From: a virus
Taxonomy: Duplodnaviria; Caudoviricetes
Virus record (IMG/VR): IMGVR_UViG_3300025905_000003
Span: 2,358 to 66,357 of that record
Reading direction: 5' to 3' (one strand)
Length of the DNA stretch: 64,000 bases
Made by a program: the position numbers and the translations under genes. Positions within the stretch are counted from its first letter, which is position 1, and each line of letters opens with the position of its first letter. Below are positions 17,478-27,376 of the stretch, piece after piece. The notes beneath the pieces are model-generated. The model saw nothing but the letters and a program-made list of their open reading frames with translations, made no database searches and was not told the origin of the DNA.

Positions 17478-17505
17478 TAACGCAATTATCAATTGACGGG
17501 CTGCG
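17473..17505 (+). promoter_or_regulatory. palindrome ATTGATAA-N5-TTATCAAT abutting TTGACGGGCTGCG upstream of the scaffold-capsid genes
   Basis: Read directly; the 13-mer recurs at 20454. Confidence 0.5.
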
Positions 17506-17527
17506 CACTTTTAAGGATATCTAGGGC

Positions 17528-18772
17528 ATGGCAAAAGATACAAATATGGTCGAGTCCGAACAGGTTATTCCTGGTAAGGACGATGGGCAGACCGAAGCTC
17601 CGAAGGACGTTCGTAGCTCTATTCGCGAAGCTATGAAGGAAGTAGCTGAGAAAGAGGAGCCCGATGGCGAGGTCGAGGCCAGCGACGAAAAAGAAGAAAA
17701 AAGTGAAGTACGAAAAAGTCGCGATAAGAGTGAAAAAACCGATACTGACAAAGACAAAGCTTCTTTGGCGACAGAGAAGGATGAAAGTGACAGCGACGGG
17801 GCTAGTAAAGACGAAAAAGACGAAAGCGATACTAGCGCTGATAAGAAGCAGGATAAAGGCCCTAAACTCGAACCAATCGGCTATTGGAAGACTAAAGGCA
17901 AGGCCAGCTGGGACAAGTTACCCACTGATGTTAAAAAAGATATTTTAGCCCGCGAGAAAGAAGTTTCCGACGGGTTTCAACAGATTTCTGAGCCCTTAAG
18001 AAGGGCGAGGGAGCTAGAGCAGGTACTAGCACCGCGTGCCGAAGCTATTCAAAAGTACGGCGCATCTCCTGCACAAGTAGTCAACCGATTATTCCAATGG
18101 ATGGAAGCGCTAGGACACCCCAATCCTAGTGTTAAAGTTAATTCGTTCAAAGAATTAGCTACATCTTTTGGCATTGATATTAATCAGTTGGCCTCTGGTA
18201 GTTCTAGAGCTCAAGACGCTGAAATAACGGAGAAGGACGCATTAGCAGCTCAAAATCAGGTTCCCGAGTGGTTCAATCAATATGCATCCACAGTAAACGG
18301 CGAAATTGGCTCAATTAAGCAGACGTTTGAGAAACAACAGAGAGCGTCAGCTGAAGCATTAGTGCTAAATTGGGCTCAAGATAAACCTCATTTTGAACAG
18401 GTTCGCGGATTAATGTCTCGGTTATCAAGTCCGGGACCTAATGGCGAGCCGGCTGTTGTACCATTAAAAGGCGGTCAAGTAGATTTAGACGGAGCCTATG
18501 AGGCGGCAATTAAACTTCATCCCGAAGTCGCAGCTCAAATTCAACAGGAAGCTGCAGAAAAAGCTGCCCAAGAGGCTAAGGATAAAGCTGCGAAGGATGC
18601 TAAAGAGAGAGCGGCAAAGCTTGCTAAGGCAAGAAATGCGTCGTCTAGCATTAGACCCGGTGCGCCATCCATGGGCGCCTCTACTCCTAATAGACCTTTA
18701 AATGGTAAATCTAATACTCCTACTTCTGTTAGAGATAGCATTAGAGCCGCAATTGAAGAGACCAGGGGTTAA
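17528..18772 (+). CDS. capsid scaffolding protein
   Basis: Acidic disordered N-half, W..LP.....I..RE motif, C-terminal SVRDSIRAA; precedes MCP. Confidence 0.85.
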   Translation: MAKDTNMVESEQVIPGKDDGQTEAPKDVRSSIREAMKEVAEKEEPDGEVEASDEKEEKSEVRKSRDKSEKTDTDKDKASLATEKDESDSDGASKDEKDESDTSADKKQDKGPKLEPIGYWKTKGKASWDKLPTDVKKDILAREKEVSDGFQQISEPLRRARELEQVLAPRAEAIQKYGASPAQVVNRLFQWMEALGHPNPSVKVNSFKELATSFGIDINQLASGSSRAQDAEITEKDALAAQNQVPEWFNQYASTVNGEIGSIKQTFEKQQRASAEALVLNWAQDKPHFEQVRGLMSRLSSPGPNGEPAVVPLKGGQVDLDGAYEAAIKLHPEVAAQIQQEAAEKAAQEAKDKAAKDAKERAAKLAKARNASSSIRPGAPSMGASTPNRPLNGKSNTPTSVRDSIRAAIEETRG

Positions 18773-18807
18773 CTAAGGTTCAACCCGTTCCTTAGTGAGT
18801 AATTAAA

Positions 18808-19839
18808 ATGGCATTTCCCAACCTGTCGGAAGTCGTTACTACTACGCTCCGCAACCGTACGGGCGTTTTGCAAGATAACGTATCCCGAAACAACGCCTTA
18901 CTTGCTCGTCTGAACAAGAAAGGTCGCATTAAGACATTCTCTGGCGGTCGTACGATCGTTCAGGAATTAAACTATGCCAACAACACTACCTTTACGTGGT
19001 ATTCTGGTTACCAGACTATCAACATCAACCCGAGCCAGGTATTCACCGCAGCTGAATTTCCAATCCGTCAGGCCGCGTTAGCGGTTTCTATTTCCGGTTT
19101 GGAAGAGTTGCAGAATGCTGGCGAGGAAGCCATTATTGACCTGCTTGAGAGCCGCGTCGAAAATGGCGAACAGACCTTTATGAACGGTCTGAGTAATGGT
19201 GTTTATGGCGATGGTTCGGTTGCAGGTTCTATTGGCGGTCTCCAGCTGTTAGTAGCACTTAGCCCGTCTACTGGTACTGTTGGCGGTATTGATCGCTCGC
19301 AATGGGCTTTCTATCGTAACTTAGTATTCAGCGCACTTACTAATGGTGGTTCTCCCGCCAACGCTGGTAATATCCTTGGTTATATGGATAGCCTCTGGGT
19401 ACAGCTTGTTCGTGGCCGCGATTTCCCTGATTTGATCGTGGCTGACAACAATATGTATAAGTTCTATCTCCAGGCGTTGCAGTCAATTCAGCGTATTCAG
19501 AGTGAAGGCGGCGCTCCAGATTTAGCAGAAGCCGGCTATCAATCTTTGAAATACATGAATAGCGACGTTGTGTTAGATGGTGGTTTCCAAGGGTTTGCGG
19601 GCGATCCGTTACCCTTCGAAGTTGCTAGCTCTGGCACGGCGGTCGGCGGTGTTCCCACCTCGTTTATGTATTTCTTGAATACCAACTATATCCATTGGCG
19701 CCCGCATGCTGCGCGCAACATGGTTCCTCTAGACCCGGATCGTTTCTCGGTTAACCAGGATGCCATGGTCCGTATGCTCGGATGGGCTGGTAATATGACC
19801 CTTAGCAACGCTTTCTTACAAGGCCTGATCGGTACGTAA
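18808..19839 (+). CDS. major capsid protein
   Basis: TTTLRNRTG.LQDNVSRNNALLARL..KG.IKTFSGG..I...L.YA pattern; GC-richer codon usage. Confidence 0.92.
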   Translation: MAFPNLSEVVTTTLRNRTGVLQDNVSRNNALLARLNKKGRIKTFSGGRTIVQELNYANNTTFTWYSGYQTININPSQVFTAAEFPIRQAALAVSISGLEELQNAGEEAIIDLLESRVENGEQTFMNGLSNGVYGDGSVAGSIGGLQLLVALSPSTGTVGGIDRSQWAFYRNLVFSALTNGGSPANAGNILGYMDSLWVQLVRGRDFPDLIVADNNMYKFYLQALQSIQRIQSEGGAPDLAEAGYQSLKYMNSDVVLDGGFQGFAGDPLPFEVASSGTAVGGVPTSFMYFLNTNYIHWRPHAARNMVPLDPDRFSVNQDAMVRMLGWAGNMTLSNAFLQGLIGT

Positions 19840-19882
19840 TAGGTCAGTAAGGAAGAGTTATAGGTTCATAGGAGTATTTAAA

Positions 19883-20446
19883 ATGACCTTATTTACTAAC
19901 TGGTACTCGACTGACCCCCAAATCGGTGATGATTTGCAGTTCGTACATAGCTTCTTTTCGACTGCATCTTTTCCTGAATATCCTAACGTAGGTACTGGTG
20001 CGGAAGGTTACCGCCTCGGAAACCGTACTCAGGGTATTGGTGGCTCAGAGTGGATGTTTGTTCAGGCATCCACGACTGTTACAGCTCTTAATGTGGTTGT
20101 CATTGACAACACGTTTAAAGCTAATAACATTACTTCTGCTCTGGCTGCGTCTTCGGTTTACTCTTATGGTATTGCTCACTTTAAGAGTACTCTTGCAGAT
20201 GGCGGCACAGGTGGTAACGGTGACTACTTCTGGGCGCTTATGTTAGCTCGCGGCGGATTTAGTGTTCAGATTTCCCCGTCAGCTACTCGTGGTGTTCAGT
20301 TGTGGATTTCCGCAACTGCAGGTGCATTAACCGCTAGCGTTAGCGTGATCGCGGTTAGAAATATCTTTATCGTCACGGCGGCCGGTACGTCTGCGGGCGT
20401 AACTGCTGAGTTCGTGATGGATGGATATATGATTACGTCTACCTAA
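19883..20446 (+). CDS. capsid decoration/cement protein, Ser/Thr-rich
   Basis: Immediately after MCP with AGGAG SD; G..G.EW.FVQA pattern; about 40 of 187 residues are Ser/Thr by hand count. Confidence 0.7.
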   Translation: MTLFTNWYSTDPQIGDDLQFVHSFFSTASFPEYPNVGTGAEGYRLGNRTQGIGGSEWMFVQASTTVTALNVVVIDNTFKANNITSALAASSVYSYGIAHFKSTLADGGTGGNGDYFWALMLARGGFSVQISPSATRGVQLWISATAGALTASVSVIAVRNIFIVTAAGTSAGVTAEFVMDGYMITST

Positions 20447-20453
20447 TAATAGG

Positions 20454-20466
20454 TTGACGGGCGGCG
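20454..20466 (+). promoter_or_regulatory. TTGACGGGCGGCG motif upstream of the first maf-like gene
   Basis: 12/13 identical to 17493-17505. Confidence 0.4.
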
Positions 20467-20488
20467 AAGGGAGAAAGGTTATTGTTTT

Positions 20489-21403
20489 ATGGATACGCAG
20501 ACCCCACTGGCAGACCTAAACAATGATCTTTCTTCTTTTAGGAAGGTTGGCGGCGTAACTACAGTCGCCGCCACCCCTTCCGACGTTACATTCGAGAATA
20601 TTAAAAAGAACATTAAATTACCGTGCGTTAGGTTTCAGAAACTACCTGAGTTTAAGAAAGTAAAAGGCGAAAATAGGATTGCTTTAGTAGGTGGCGGGCC
20701 TAGTGTTACTAAATATATAGATAAAATTAAAGAATATAGAACAATATTTGCGTGTGGTTCTTCTCATGATTTTGTACAAAGGCATGGAATTATTCCTAGG
20801 TATGCCGGTATTTGTGACCCTGATCCTGTTAGCATTAATTATTTTAAACATCCCCACCCAGAAACAACTTACTTACTTGCTTCCGGCTGTGACCCCAAGA
20901 TTTTTGAACATCTTAAAGAGTATCCGATTGTTATGTGGCATTGCCATAGCGACGATTATAATGATAAGCTTGCTCAAATTGAAGATCACTATGAAGGAGT
21001 AGGGGGCGGTTGCACTATTGGACTAAGGGCTATTTGTTTGTCGGTTATGTTGGGTTATAAAAATATAGACTTCTTCGGGTTTGATAGTTGCTTAAGCGAT
21101 GAGCAATCTTATGCTTATGATCTATCAACTCAAGAGGAAAAAGATTCTCAGGGCGAGGTCTATAAACTTAAGATAGGTATGGACTGGAATGGTCCTAGTG
21201 AGAAAACCTATTCTTGTTTGGGTTATCATTTAGCTCAAGCAGAACACTTTAGAAAGTTCTTGGAGGCTTATCCAGGTCTGATTAATCCTACTTTCTATGG
21301 AGAAGGATTATTACCAGACTTAGTAAGAATGATATACCAAGAAACATTAAAAGCAGATTTAGCGAGTGGGCTAAAGAAACAGCAAGAGCAGGTAACACAA
21401 TGA
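20489..21403 (+). CDS. maf: Maf/DUF115 (MAF_flag10) family glycosyltransferase 1, putative nonulosonate transferase
   Basis: IALVGGGPSV, ACGSSHDF, GI.P.YAG..DP, YLLASGC.P, GGGCTIGLRA..L..MLGYK.I.FFGFDS. Confidence 0.8.
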   Translation: MDTQTPLADLNNDLSSFRKVGGVTTVAATPSDVTFENIKKNIKLPCVRFQKLPEFKKVKGENRIALVGGGPSVTKYIDKIKEYRTIFACGSSHDFVQRHGIIPRYAGICDPDPVSINYFKHPHPETTYLLASGCDPKIFEHLKEYPIVMWHCHSDDYNDKLAQIEDHYEGVGGGCTIGLRAICLSVMLGYKNIDFFGFDSCLSDEQSYAYDLSTQEEKDSQGEVYKLKIGMDWNGPSEKTYSCLGYHLAQAEHFRKFLEAYPGLINPTFYGEGLLPDLVRMIYQETLKADLASGLKKQQEQVTQ

Positions 21404-22167
21404 GTGATTTTCGCACAGCTACGGGTATTGATTGGAACGCTGGCGGTTTATCGGGTGTCGTTAAATATGGCGACGATAGTAACCTTCTAGTTATGTTTTA
21501 TAATAGGTCTGTTCAGGTTGCGTCTGATCAGGGCCGTCCTATTCACAGAGACGAGATTTATATTAAAATTCAGCAACCGGGCGAGATGCTGAATATCATT
21601 GATAGGCCAGCAAATGACGGAGATAAGCAACGTTTTCGTCAACAATGGTCGAATTTCGTGCATGATCGTACCCAAGTTCCTGAGGGAACCCCAATTGATT
21701 TATTATTTCCCAATCACCCTTCTGTTGCCGCTAATTTGCGTGCTTATGGCGTCTTCACTATTGAGCAATGTGCAGCTCTTTCAGCTAACGCTATTGATAC
21801 TGTTGGCCGTGGTGGTCAGGAATATGTAAATAGAGCCAAAAAGTATATAGACAGCGCCACTAAAGGTACTGCTTTCCATAAGCTTCAGCGCGAAAACGAA
21901 GAATTAACTCAAAAAACACGTATTCTTGAGCATCAAGTTCAGCAAATGCGTGATCAATTAGATCGAATGACGTTAAAGGTAAACGATCCTATTCGCTCTA
22001 GCCTTAATCCCCCGCAAATTCAAGGGTATGACGTTCAATCTGAACGAATTAATGCCAATGCTCCCACTAAAATAGTCCGCCAACGAGCCCCTAAAGTAGA
22101 AGAAGCGATTACTGATCCACTTGGCGGTGGTGGTGGGCAGACTATGGAAGAAATGATGCGTGATTAA
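21400..22167 (+). CDS. conserved head-module protein (GRPI..D..YIKI..PG...TIEQ.A.L)
   Basis: Pattern seen after MCP in Bcep22-like phages; possible HhH and coiled coil. Confidence 0.7.
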   Translation: MSDFRTATGIDWNAGGLSGVVKYGDDSNLLVMFYNRSVQVASDQGRPIHRDEIYIKIQQPGEMLNIIDRPANDGDKQRFRQQWSNFVHDRTQVPEGTPIDLLFPNHPSVAANLRAYGVFTIEQCAALSANAIDTVGRGGQEYVNRAKKYIDSATKGTAFHKLQRENEELTQKTRILEHQVQQMRDQLDRMTLKVNDPIRSSLNPPQIQGYDVQSERINANAPTKIVRQRAPKVEEAITDPLGGGGGQTMEEMMRD

Positions 22168-22988
22168 TGTCTACAAAGATAGATGGTGTAAAAATAGATC
22201 CTGCCATACCTACAGAAGTAGTTAGGCAGAACGTTTTAGACGCTAGGCGCTCTAATATTGAACCTATTAATAGGTGCTTAGCTTGGCGCGAGGGAAGGCC
22301 CATTGCCGTAATAGGTGGTGGGCCTTCTCTTAAGGAATATCTACCTGAATTAAACAAGTATCAGACTAATTTAGCTTGTGGTTCTGTGCATGATTATCTT
22401 GCTCAGAATGGAGTTATACCTAAGTTTTGTATTCTCTGTGACCCTGATCCGGTCATGGCAAAGTATCTTATCAACAGCAATTCCTTTACTACCTATCTAG
22501 TGGCTTCTCAATGCGATAAAGAAGTATTCAAGGCCCTGTATGGTAAGAAGGTCTATATCTGGCACTGTGCAGGTGATCCTGAGTTTGACTTAGAAATGTT
22601 CCCGGATAAGTCTAATATAATACCGGGAGGTTGTACAGTTGGTACGCGAGGCATTTTTGCAGCTATCGGAATGGGGTATAAGATTATTCACTTATATGGC
22701 TTCGATAGTTGCGTTTGGGAAAGTGAACATCATTCCTATCAATTTGCAACAAAGGAAGAGAGAATAGGCGAACTAACTGAAATTAGTTTGGACGTTCCCG
22801 GCGGCAAAAAATATTTATGCGCGGGATATATGCTAGCTCAGATATTTGAATTTCAACAAATTTTAAAGATGTATGCAGGTAAAATAGAGTTCAAAGTATT
22901 TGGCGGTGGACCTCTATCTGAAATTTTAAATTTCGGGGAGGAACAAGTCAAAGAGCAATTGAAGGTAAAAGATAATGGCAACTCCTGA
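22167..22988 (+). CDS. maf: Maf/DUF115 family glycosyltransferase 2
   Basis: IAVIGGGPSL, ACGSVHDY, GV.P.F..LCDP, YLVASQC, PGGCTVGTRG..A..MGYK.I.LYGFDS; clear paralog of 20489..21403. Confidence 0.8.
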   Translation: MSTKIDGVKIDPAIPTEVVRQNVLDARRSNIEPINRCLAWREGRPIAVIGGGPSLKEYLPELNKYQTNLACGSVHDYLAQNGVIPKFCILCDPDPVMAKYLINSNSFTTYLVASQCDKEVFKALYGKKVYIWHCAGDPEFDLEMFPDKSNIIPGGCTVGTRGIFAAIGMGYKIIHLYGFDSCVWESEHHSYQFATKEERIGELTEISLDVPGGKKYLCAGYMLAQIFEFQQILKMYAGKIEFKVFGGGPLSEILNFGEEQVKEQLKVKDNGNS

Positions 22989-23400
22989 AAATCTTATGGG
23001 CCTCGGATTGGCTCATTTATTGGCCGCTCGCGTTGGTATTCGTGTGCAGGCTGTCACGGTACAGGGAACGTCTGCCGGCTCTGCTAAGCAGCTTGGTGGC
23101 TTTCCTGCGCTTTATTTTGTCAACGCCTCTAATTCTGGTTCTGGTGTAGCGCTTCCGTTAGTTGGTGGCGATGCATTTGATCGTGGTATTGCGTTAGCTG
23201 ACCCTGTGATTGTAGCTAATACGTTAGGTGCTACTATCTATGTTTATGCTAATAATAATGCTGCAGGTTCGGCGGTTACTCTATTAGGTGCTGGTGCCGC
23301 TAATACTGGTACTACAGGCGTATCGGTGGCCTCTAACTTTAATGCCATCTTCCAGCCTATTACTGTTAGTACTTGGATCTTTACTAAGGTCAGCGCTTAA
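22975..23400 (+). CDS. small Ala/Gly/Ser/Thr-rich virion protein
   Basis: MATPENLMGLGLA..LA..VG N-terminus; structural-module position. Confidence 0.7.
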   Translation: MATPENLMGLGLAHLLAARVGIRVQAVTVQGTSAGSAKQLGGFPALYFVNASNSGSGVALPLVGGDAFDRGIALADPVIVANTLGATIYVYANNNAAGSAVTLLGAGAANTGTTGVSVASNFNAIFQPITVSTWIFTKVSA

Positions 23401-23432
23401 TAGGCTGTACCCCCAACTAAGCGGGGTTTACT

Positions 23433-24413
23433 ATGCCTTTTGGCAGTCAAAAAACACTATTACAAATGACGCAAATTGCGTTAGGTGAGCTGGGCTTGCC
23501 CCAGCCATCTAGCGTTGTTGGTTCTAGTGATCAGTCTACTATTCAAATGTTCGCCTTTGCTAATCAAGAAGTTGATGAGCTTATGGGCCGACATGATTGG
23601 ACCTTTTTGCAAAAAGAATACAATTTAGCGGTAACTCCCCCTGTTACTCTTACTGGGACTACTACAACTAATAGCGCGACTATAACAAACATATCAAGTA
23701 CTACTAACTTAGTCGCCAATTATATGACAGTTTCGGCTAGTAATATCCCCGTTGGGGCGAGAATACTAACTATAGATAGTCCTACAGCTGTAACCCTTAA
23801 TATGCAATGTACGTTAGGTGTAGTTGGCGGGAGTATAGTTTTTGCACAAGATACATATCCAGAACCTGCTGATTTCGACCGCTTTATTAACCGTACTTGG
23901 TGGGATCGTACCAATAGGTGGGAATTACTCGGGCCGGATAGTCCTCAACTTGACCAATGGCACAGGTCAGGTATTATTGCCACAGGACCGCGTAGGCACT
24001 TCAGACAGTTGGGGGCATTACCAAATAACTACCGATTGTGGCCACCTCCCGCTGAAATTACATCTCCGATACAGTTAGTATTTGAATATATTTCTAATCA
24101 GATTGTGTTTGTAAACGGAGCAGTTAGCGGTAATCCTCCTAATATGTCGTTCCAGTTTGCTAATGATGCAGACATACCAGCTTGTGATAGTCGAGCTGTT
24201 ATAATGGGTATGAAATGGCGCTTTTGGAACCAAAAAGGGTTTGATTGGACTAGAATGCGTGCCGACTATGACGCATATGTAGAGCGTTTAATATCTAGAG
24301 ATGGTGGTCGAGAAACGCTCCAGATGGCTAAGCGCCAAAATCCAATATTTATTTCCCCTGCAAATGTTCAGGATGGGTTCTTCCCTGGACCTGTTGGACC
24401 TAATACAGGCTAA
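23433..24413 (+). CDS. head-tail adaptor / tail tubular protein A
   Basis: ELGLP.P..V.GS.D...Q.....N.....L....DW..L pattern. Confidence 0.8.
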   Translation: MPFGSQKTLLQMTQIALGELGLPQPSSVVGSSDQSTIQMFAFANQEVDELMGRHDWTFLQKEYNLAVTPPVTLTGTTTTNSATITNISSTTNLVANYMTVSASNIPVGARILTIDSPTAVTLNMQCTLGVVGGSIVFAQDTYPEPADFDRFINRTWWDRTNRWELLGPDSPQLDQWHRSGIIATGPRRHFRQLGALPNNYRLWPPPAEITSPIQLVFEYISNQIVFVNGAVSGNPPNMSFQFANDADIPACDSRAVIMGMKWRFWNQKGFDWTRMRADYDAYVERLISRDGGRETLQMAKRQNPIFISPANVQDGFFPGPVGPNTG

Positions 24414-26104
24414 TGGTAGACTATACACAAAATAAATATTCAAGTGATTGGGGCAATAAAGGTAGCTACCTAGATAAAGACGTAGCTATTAAAATAATCC
24501 CTGCACCTGTAGGTGGTTGGGATGCGCTCTCGCCTATTGCAGCGATGGAGCCTAAATATGCTGCATCTATTACTAATTGGGTGCCTAGAACTGGCTGGCT
24601 AGAGCTTCGAGGCGGTTATAACACTTGGTGCCAAGGGTTTAGCACAGCTGCAGTTAATAGCCTAATGGTTTTTAGAGCTCTTAATGGGAATAATAGACTA
24701 TTAGCTGCTACTGGTACTCAAATATGGGACGTTAGCAATTATGGGCTTCCTGTAATTAGTTCAACTGGTAGAACATCTAGTAAATTTCAATATACTAATT
24801 TTTCTCCAAGCTTGAGCGGTATTAATTTTCTCATAGCTGTTAATGGTTCTGATAGCGGGTTTATAACATTTAATGGTTCTACTTGGAACACTATAAACCC
24901 AACGGGTGTAGGAGCATCTATATTTGTAGGTATAAATACCTTTAAAAGAAGATTGTGGCTTATACCTACCAACTCTACTATTATATATTATTTAGCATCG
25001 GATGCTATTTCAGGGGCAGCTACAGCATTTGATTTAGGGCCATTCTTATCTAAAGGTGGTTTCTTGATGGCAATGGGTACTTGGACGTTAGACGGTGGCC
25101 AAGGCCCAGATGACTTAGCGGTATTTGTGAGTTCAGAAGGGCAGTTTGTTATATATAAAGGGACGGACCCTGATAATGTTAACTCTTGGAGCCTTGTGGG
25201 TGTTTTTGATCTTCCTAAGCCTATTGGGAGAAGATGTCTTAAGCGGCTTGGATCGGATTTAATGTATATAAGTGAAGTAGGAGTTTTACCTATATCGGCT
25301 TCTCTGCCTTATGATCCGGCAGCCACTAGAACCGTTGCTATTACTAATAGAATACAGAACTCGGTTAACATAGCCATTACTAATTATCAGAATAACTTTG
25401 GCTGGGAGTTTATATCTTTTCCACAGCAAATGTTGTATATACTAAACATACCTCAAGTTGAGAACAATACCCAAGTACAGTACGTGCAGAACTCTCTAAC
25501 AGGAGCATGGACGCAGTTTACTGGATGGGACGCTAATACTTTTGAGGTATTTAATGGAAGTTTATATTTTGGAGGCAACGATGGCTCGGTTAATCTAGCA
25601 TATGCTGGAGGTCTAGACTTAGTTGGGGGAATAAATGCCGACGTTAAGTGTGCGTTTAATTATTTAGATGAGCCTGGTAGAATTAAAAACGCCGGTATGA
25701 TTAGACCTTTCTTAGTCGCAGATGGGACGTTAACGCCCACAATTCAAATAGATGTAGACTTTGCAGATACAGCTGTTTCTGCGCCGGTTACTATTCTAAC
25801 GCCCTCTGGCGCCTTATGGGATGTATCTTTATGGGATGCGACTACTTGGTCTAGTGGCATTATAACAGTTATTAATTGGCTAAGTTGTAATGCTCTAGGA
25901 ACTGCTTTGGCTGTTAGAATGATTGTTAATCTAATTGGTGGTGGAGCTAGTTCAAGTGCGTTATCTACGAGCGTATTCGATACTGGAGTCTTTGACACTG
26001 CTGTTTTTGATGGAAATGGTGTTACTACTCGCAGCGGTGCAGGTGTTCCAACACTTCAGATAATGTCGTTTGAATTATCTGTAGAGTATGGTGGGCCAGT
26101 ATGA
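24413..26104 (+). CDS. tail nozzle / tail tubular protein B (P22 gp10-like)
   Basis: IPAPVGGWDA..P...M...A....NW.P..G....RGG; beta-propeller-like body; WD/FD pentapeptide repeats near the C-terminus. Confidence 0.85.
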   Translation: MVDYTQNKYSSDWGNKGSYLDKDVAIKIIPAPVGGWDALSPIAAMEPKYAASITNWVPRTGWLELRGGYNTWCQGFSTAAVNSLMVFRALNGNNRLLAATGTQIWDVSNYGLPVISSTGRTSSKFQYTNFSPSLSGINFLIAVNGSDSGFITFNGSTWNTINPTGVGASIFVGINTFKRRLWLIPTNSTIIYYLASDAISGAATAFDLGPFLSKGGFLMAMGTWTLDGGQGPDDLAVFVSSEGQFVIYKGTDPDNVNSWSLVGVFDLPKPIGRRCLKRLGSDLMYISEVGVLPISASLPYDPAATRTVAITNRIQNSVNIAITNYQNNFGWEFISFPQQMLYILNIPQVENNTQVQYVQNSLTGAWTQFTGWDANTFEVFNGSLYFGGNDGSVNLAYAGGLDLVGGINADVKCAFNYLDEPGRIKNAGMIRPFLVADGTLTPTIQIDVDFADTAVSAPVTILTPSGALWDVSLWDATTWSSGIITVINWLSCNALGTALAVRMIVNLIGGGASSSALSTSVFDTGVFDTAVFDGNGVTTRSGAGVPTLQIMSFELSVEYGGPV

Positions 26105-26553
26105 TCCATACTGTCTATGGTAGCGATAAAGACAGTATAGGATTAATGATTGCAGGACACTTTATTAGAAACACAGGCTATCCTATTACGCCTCCATATT
26201 TTGCTATGGGCCTAATAAAGGATTATAAACTAGTAGGGCAAGCTATATTTAATGATTACACCGGGGCAAATATGGAAATACATCTACATGCTCCTCAGTT
26301 TATAACCAGAAAAACTATACGAGATGTATATAACTTTGTGTTTAATATCAATGGTTGTGAGCGATTAACAGCTAAACCGTTTAAATGTAACGAAAAGCTT
26401 TTGCATATACTAGAGAGAATAGGTTTCGTGTATGAGTTTACGCAAGAGAAATATTATAAAGAAGCTGACGGGACAATTTTAGATGCTCTGGTTTATAAAT
26501 TAACACGGGAAAATATACCTAATTGGGTTAAATTAAATGCCGAAAAGTCCTAA
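26101..26553 (+). CDS. GNAT-fold virion assembly protein (T7 gp13/DUF2824-like position)
   Basis: GNAT-like pattern; conserved position between nozzle and ejection genes. Confidence 0.7.
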   Translation: MIHTVYGSDKDSIGLMIAGHFIRNTGYPITPPYFAMGLIKDYKLVGQAIFNDYTGANMEIHLHAPQFITRKTIRDVYNFVFNINGCERLTAKPFKCNEKLLHILERIGFVYEFTQEKYYKEADGTILDALVYKLTRENIPNWVKLNAEKS

Positions 26554-27376
26554 GGCTCCTACTCCGCCACCTGTAGCTACTACTGTTCCAGCGGATCAGG
26601 CTGCTAAATCTTTAGCTTTTAAAGATACGATGGCTGGAGCTACTATTGGTCAAGATACGGCAATAGGTAGCTTAGACTATAAAACTGAAATAGATCCAAT
26701 TACAGGGCAGCTTAAATATAAAGCTAAAACTGCTTATAATCCCAATGAACAACAAATACTAGAAAATCAAGAAGCACAAAAGCTTGGTCTTGGAGAGACC
26801 GGGCAGAATATGATTGAAAATTCTTCAGATATGTATAGTGCTCCTCCTGATTTTGTTAAACAGGCAATGGGCATTATTGATCCTTTGACTGGGCCAATGA
26901 ATGCTGCTTGGGAAAAGTTTATGTCACCCGAGCGTGAAAACCGTAGAACTCAATTAGCTAATCAGGGCATTACAGAGGGCAACCCTACTTTTGATAGGGA
27001 GATGGCTAAGGTAAGTAATCAGCAGAACCTGACAAAAGGGCAATGGCTGGCTCAAATGGAGCCAGCTGCATTCCAACAAGCACAGTCTCAGTATGAAGAA
27101 CCCATGAATATAATTCAAAAAATCATGGGTATGACTAGCCCAGCAGACCTAAAGAGCCAGTTTGTTAATACTCCTCAAGCTACTGAGGGCGCTACAGATG
27201 TTTTAGGGGCTTATAAGACTAATTTCGACGAGCAATTCCAGAATTATCAACAAGAAGTTGCTCGGCAAAATGCTATGATGAGTATGTTTACAGGATTAGC
27301 GGGGACTGCAATGAAATTACCTACTATGCCTTGGAATATGGCTAGTTTACCTACCTCGTCATTTAGTGGCGGATAA
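26537..27376 (+). CDS. DNA ejection / internal virion protein
   Basis: K.PK.P.PP N-terminus, Gln/Asn/Met-rich helical body. Confidence 0.7.
   Translation: MPKSPKAPTPPPVATTVPADQAAKSLAFKDTMAGATIGQDTAIGSLDYKTEIDPITGQLKYKAKTAYNPNEQQILENQEAQKLGLGETGQNMIENSSDMYSAPPDFVKQAMGIIDPLTGPMNAAWEKFMSPERENRRTQLANQGITEGNPTFDREMAKVSNQQNLTKGQWLAQMEPAAFQQAQSQYEEPMNIIQKIMGMTSPADLKSQFVNTPQATEGATDVLGAYKTNFDEQFQNYQQEVARQNAMMSMFTGLAGTAMKLPTMPWNMASLPTSSFSGG

Noticed and set aside
20489-22988. MptE 6-hydroxymethylpterin diphosphokinase annotation for the DUF115 proteins
   Set aside because: The same domain family covers Maf; no folate or pterin genes are present, whereas a CMP-nonulosonate pathway is
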